Source: Antedon mediterranea
Lineage: Eukaryota; Animalia; Echinodermata
Reading direction: 5' to 3'
NCBI RefSeq assembly: GCF_964355755.1
Contig: NC_092677.1
Span: 1,324,101 to 1,388,100 of the forward strand
DNA length: 64,000 nucleotides
The notes beneath the pieces were generated by a model. The model was not told the DNA's origin, ran no database searches, and was given only the letters and a program-made list of their open reading frames with translations. Each line of letters starts with the position of its first letter. Position 1 is the stretch's first letter. This document shows, one piece after another, positions 60,017 through 64,000 of this stretch. Made by a program: the position numbers and the translations under genes.

Positions 60017-60059
60017 TTGGACGGAAGTACAGTGCACTATAATTATGAAGGAAGTAAAA
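60017..60059 (+). promoter_or_regulatory. Putative conserved upstream block with tandem GGAAGT (Ets-type) cores
   Basis: TTGGACGGAAGTACA..CACTATAATTATGAAGGAAGTAAAA recurs upstream of gene units at ~42976, ~50209 and ~51778; related GGAAGTAAA blocks at ~31794, ~46106 and ~52175. Function is inferred only. Confidence 0.4.
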
Positions 60060-60585
60060 CTAATATATCACAAGTATGAATGGCAATCCAGAATCATAAC
60101 GACGACAGGAACAATCAATACTTCAGTATACAATACCGTAGAGTATGGTAGAGTGCAAGACAATAATAGTGAAATAGTCACCACCTAATAAAGCGGAACA
60201 GATTTCCATATTTTACAGATTTGTCATGGAGGCGAAAAGTAAAAATGCGATGATTGTAAGTACAAATATTTAAAATATTTTTTCACACAATGACGCAATC
60301 GTAAATCGTTAGTAGCTATTTTTAAAAATGAAAAAAGGGAAATCTAACCATGCCAAAAAAAAACCAAACCGCAGTAAGGGGATACGCCTTCGTCGCTAAC
60401 CAGGGATCGGTCTAATTGAACCCCGGTCAGTACCAGTTGTGTCTAGGTCATCCCGGACTCAGGCGCTTCCTGCCCTACAAAAATAGATCTAAAAGAATCT
60501 AGGTGGCATGGAAAAGGAGAAAAAAAGTAGATTAAAATATACTAGTAAAGTTGCATTTCCTTCTTGTAACTAGATTGCTGTAAAG

Positions 60586-63184
60586 ATGAAGAGTGTTTCC
60601 TTCTTGTTATTGTTTATTCTATATTTACGACGTAAGTACAATTCACCAAACTAACCCTATAATTAAGTATTCTCTAAGAGTTAATCAACTTCTTTGTTGA
60701 TTTGAACAGTTATTAACTAAATATATTTTGCTTGTAAATTAAATATATCTCTATTTATGGTAGGTTTATGGCACACCAGGATGGACATACATAGTTATGT
60801 CCGTCCTAGCGTGCCATATAGGTTCAAACGCTAGATATAGGTTAGCTAAATACTGCATGAGGCCTGTGACATCATGACATACTCATGTTGCTTTACTGTC
60901 GCTGTGCTACTAATTGTGCAAATAGTTATATATACATATATATATATATACATTTTCAGTATTTTTTGTTTGTATTGTTTGCATTTCCTATAATTTTGTT
61001 TCCAGAAATGACTAAAAAACCTTTCTTGACATCAACACAATGTTTAATAAATGGTAGTAGACATACAGCACATGTTTATAGCAAGCTATCTTTAAAAATG
61101 AGTAACAAGCTTTATCTTTTATAACACCAAATCAACGTAGGCCTACCCTAAACTCCAAAAACTTGCAATAAAAGTGCACAATATGCAGTATCTATAATAA
61201 TTACTGTACAGTTATTGTTTAGTTTTAGGTACACATGCACAAACTACGTCTGTGACAGCGGGTGGTGATGCAGTTAAAGTTGGTGAGGTTGCGACGATGA
61301 CGTGTAGTTACACACTTCCAAATGGAGAAGTGTTGGATCGACTGGTTTGGTTCAGAGCTGATGCTGATGGTACTCCAGTATTAGGCGACCCTCTCGTGTC
61401 TATAGTTGAAACAAGCAATGGTCGTTACAGCTTATCTAATGACAAGGATCTTATGATAAGAACTGTTGAAGTAAATGATGCAGGCAACTATCTGTGTAGA
61501 ATTGTAACACAAAATGTTCAAACTGCTGAAGACTATGATGAACTTATAGTTCAATGTGAGTTTGTCATTCCTTTGTTGTTCTTTTTCTAGTGAAAGTTAA
61601 ATACATAAACTCTGTTGGACAATCTTCAAATTACAATAAATAATTATAATCTAAAATTATCAAAATGTAAATAAAGCTGACGTGTTTATGGTATTACATT
61701 TAATAGTCAAAGTTTCTTTCCACTGCAGATCTTGACACACCCGTTGTGACTCCAGCCCAATTGTCTGTCAATATTGGTGAAACAGCACTGTTTTCTACTG
61801 TACATGTTGGATTCCCAACACCAATTACCATCACATGGATCAAAGATGGCAAAGAACTTGATGTTTCTGATATAGAAAAGTATCCGTCTTCGGATGCAAC
61901 ATTAACGATTAAGAATGTAAATGAGATAGATGCAGGGAGTTATAAGTGTATAGCAGAGAATGCTGTTTACATGGGAGAAGAAGGAAAACGTAGTAATACT
62001 GCCACACTGTCAATAGGTTGGTTGAAAAATAAACTTTTTAACTGTTGATACAAACATATCATATTTTTGAATATTTTCTGTAAGGACCAAACTGCCTGTC
62101 ATAATTAATTGGTTAATATTGCTATTATGTTATGTGGTAATAAAAATGAAGCACAGCTACACAACAAAAACTGCTTGAAGTTGGGGAAAATGTTTGGAAG
62201 AAAGAAAGGGAAATGTTTTAATACTGAACTTTTGCAAACGATAAGGTTTCTTATTTAGTTTTTTTTTTTTAGTTATAGAAGGCTTTATGTGATATGACGT
62301 GTTTTAATAATATTACAATATTTCTCTATTTCTTTAGCACTGACGACAACTTCTTTTATATCCAGTAAGTCAACTACATGAAGGTTCTGTTTGTTTGCAT
62401 TGTATTTTAAATTTCCGGGATTTTGCATTTGCGAAAAGAAAAAAAAAAGATAAAAATGGAAAGGATATCCCCCGCTCCACCCCAGGATCTGTATGAGTGC
62501 TTAAAAGGAAAATAAGTATGACCTTTGTATATTTGTCAACACTATATTATTGTAAAAAATTAAATTAAAACACATTGTAACACTATATCCTTCTGTATTA
62601 TTTGTTCAGTTTTAAGTACAGAAGTTCCAAAGAAAGAGAATGATTGTAATTCAACTGGTCTTGTTGTTGGAATGGCGTTTGTTGGTGTGCTTATTGGATT
62701 CATTATCTGTTTGCTTGTGGGTTTTATCATCAGCAAAATAAGGAAGTCACATGTACAGGTAAAGTATAATTCAGAAAGTAGAACCAGAAGCAAAAGTTTA
62801 GACTTAAAAATAATGACCAAAGGTTTAATATACCGCATACTTAAGTAATGGAAACTATTTTAACATTAAATATGATATTTTATTTTAAAGGTACCTACAT
62901 CGAAAAACACCAACCAATCAGGGGTAAGGATGTTACTTTAATTTAATTATTCAATTTCACTCGTCGTCCTCACTATTGTTACCAATATATCAATAAAGGT
63001 TTACACGATTTTCATTCTTCTTTTTGCATGCACTAAACTGTTGTATTTTGTTTAGCAGCAGGAGTATATGACTTATACTGGAGAGACAGATAAAGAAACC
63101 AACCACACATACCAAGATTTACAGAAGAAAGACGATAATCAAGCTGTATATGTAAATGTTAAAGCAAAAAAGGACAACAAATAA
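60586..63184 (+). CDS. Intact spliced IgV-Ig2-TM receptor with Tyr-motif tail (V type B; Ig2 lacks first Cys)
   Basis: Exons 60586-60631 (MKSVSFLLLFILYLR; possible in-frame upstream exon MEAKSKNAMI at ~60226-60255), 61223-61555, 61729-62016, 62338-62364, 62610-62758, 62891-62923, 63056-63184. Confidence 0.85.
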
Positions 63185-63189
63185 TATAC

Positions 63190-64000
63190 ATGTTTAAAAT
63201 AAAAATAAAATAAATATATTATTATAATTAATAGAATCATTGCAATGCTTTGAAACTACAATCACATACCTCTTGTTAATTTTATTATAGAAATAAAGAG
63301 AAATTAACTTTGAGAAAGTGTTTTCTCTATCTTAATTTAAAATTTAATAACAAAGAAATGTGAATGCTGCAATGTGTATCATCATTAACTAAACAAAGTG
63401 TACACAAGTACGTATAGTGACATCTACACCAATGGTATAATATAGCAAAATGTGAAGTAAATATCAAATTTGTAATGTAATGTAAAGATGAAAACCATAA
63501 ACATATAACTTGCAAAATATGAAAATAAGATATGTAACTAACAACGATACATTTATTAAAATTGAATTTCTTGTTTTTAGTTGTTGGAATTAAAACTTGC
63601 TTGTACTAGACCAACTTTGATGATCCGTTAATGTTTGAATGCATTAGTACATTGATATAGAAATGAAAATAAACTATACAATCAATGATTTTAACACCAA
63701 TACACGTAGCGTTATTTAAATTTAATTCACCTTCTAGATGTGTATTGGTTGAGTGCTACCATATATTTACAGAAAATTGAGTAATGTTCAAATTGATTTT
63801 GAAACGGAAAAATTAAACTCTATGGACAAATTGGACCGGGCCTTAAAGTTGGGTGCGATGCTGGTTCATTTCTGTTTTTAAAGAAAACATTTAAGAAATA
63901 CCACAGTTTGAGTTTGCGCGGTTGAACGCACTGTATAAATAAGGCCTAAAACCATGTGTTTAAATAATTGTTATTAATTAAAAAGATAAAGTACCATCTT
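63190..64000 (+). repeat. Intergenic part of the gene-sized tandem duplication unit, suggesting the cluster continues past the window
   Basis: Homologous to ~42250-42960, ~49700-50195 and ~59150-59900, each of which precedes another gene copy or remnant. Confidence 0.8.

Overview
AT-rich, intron-containing invertebrate genomic DNA, probably an echinoderm or other invertebrate deuterostome (inferred from a Deu/Nin-type SINE and abundant TAGGCCTA motifs; not provable here). The window is mostly a tandem cluster of immunoglobulin-superfamily receptor genes, reconstructed by hand from splice sites and reading phases. The + strand layout is leader / IgV / second Ig (C2/I-type) / S-T stalk mini-exon / TM / 33-nt exon / terminal exon with YMTY, YQDL and YVNV motifs. 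There are four apparently intact + strand genes (46.2, 52.7, 56.2, 60.6 kb) and four broken or partial copies. One inverted (-) gene has the same two Ig domains joined to an unrelated stalk, TM and short tail. V domains and leaders are highly divergent while the TM and tail are near-identical, and one gene is a V/Ig2 chimera. A separate gene encodes leader + IgV + eight tandem EGF exons (seven with 8 Cys) and is probably secreted; it is interrupted by an intact DIRS retrotransposon, a solo LTR and a LINE fragment. Other elements include a LINE with an intact ORF2, Helitron-like elements, MITEs, a tRNA-derived SINE and a 58-bp minisatellite. Gene models lack transcript support.
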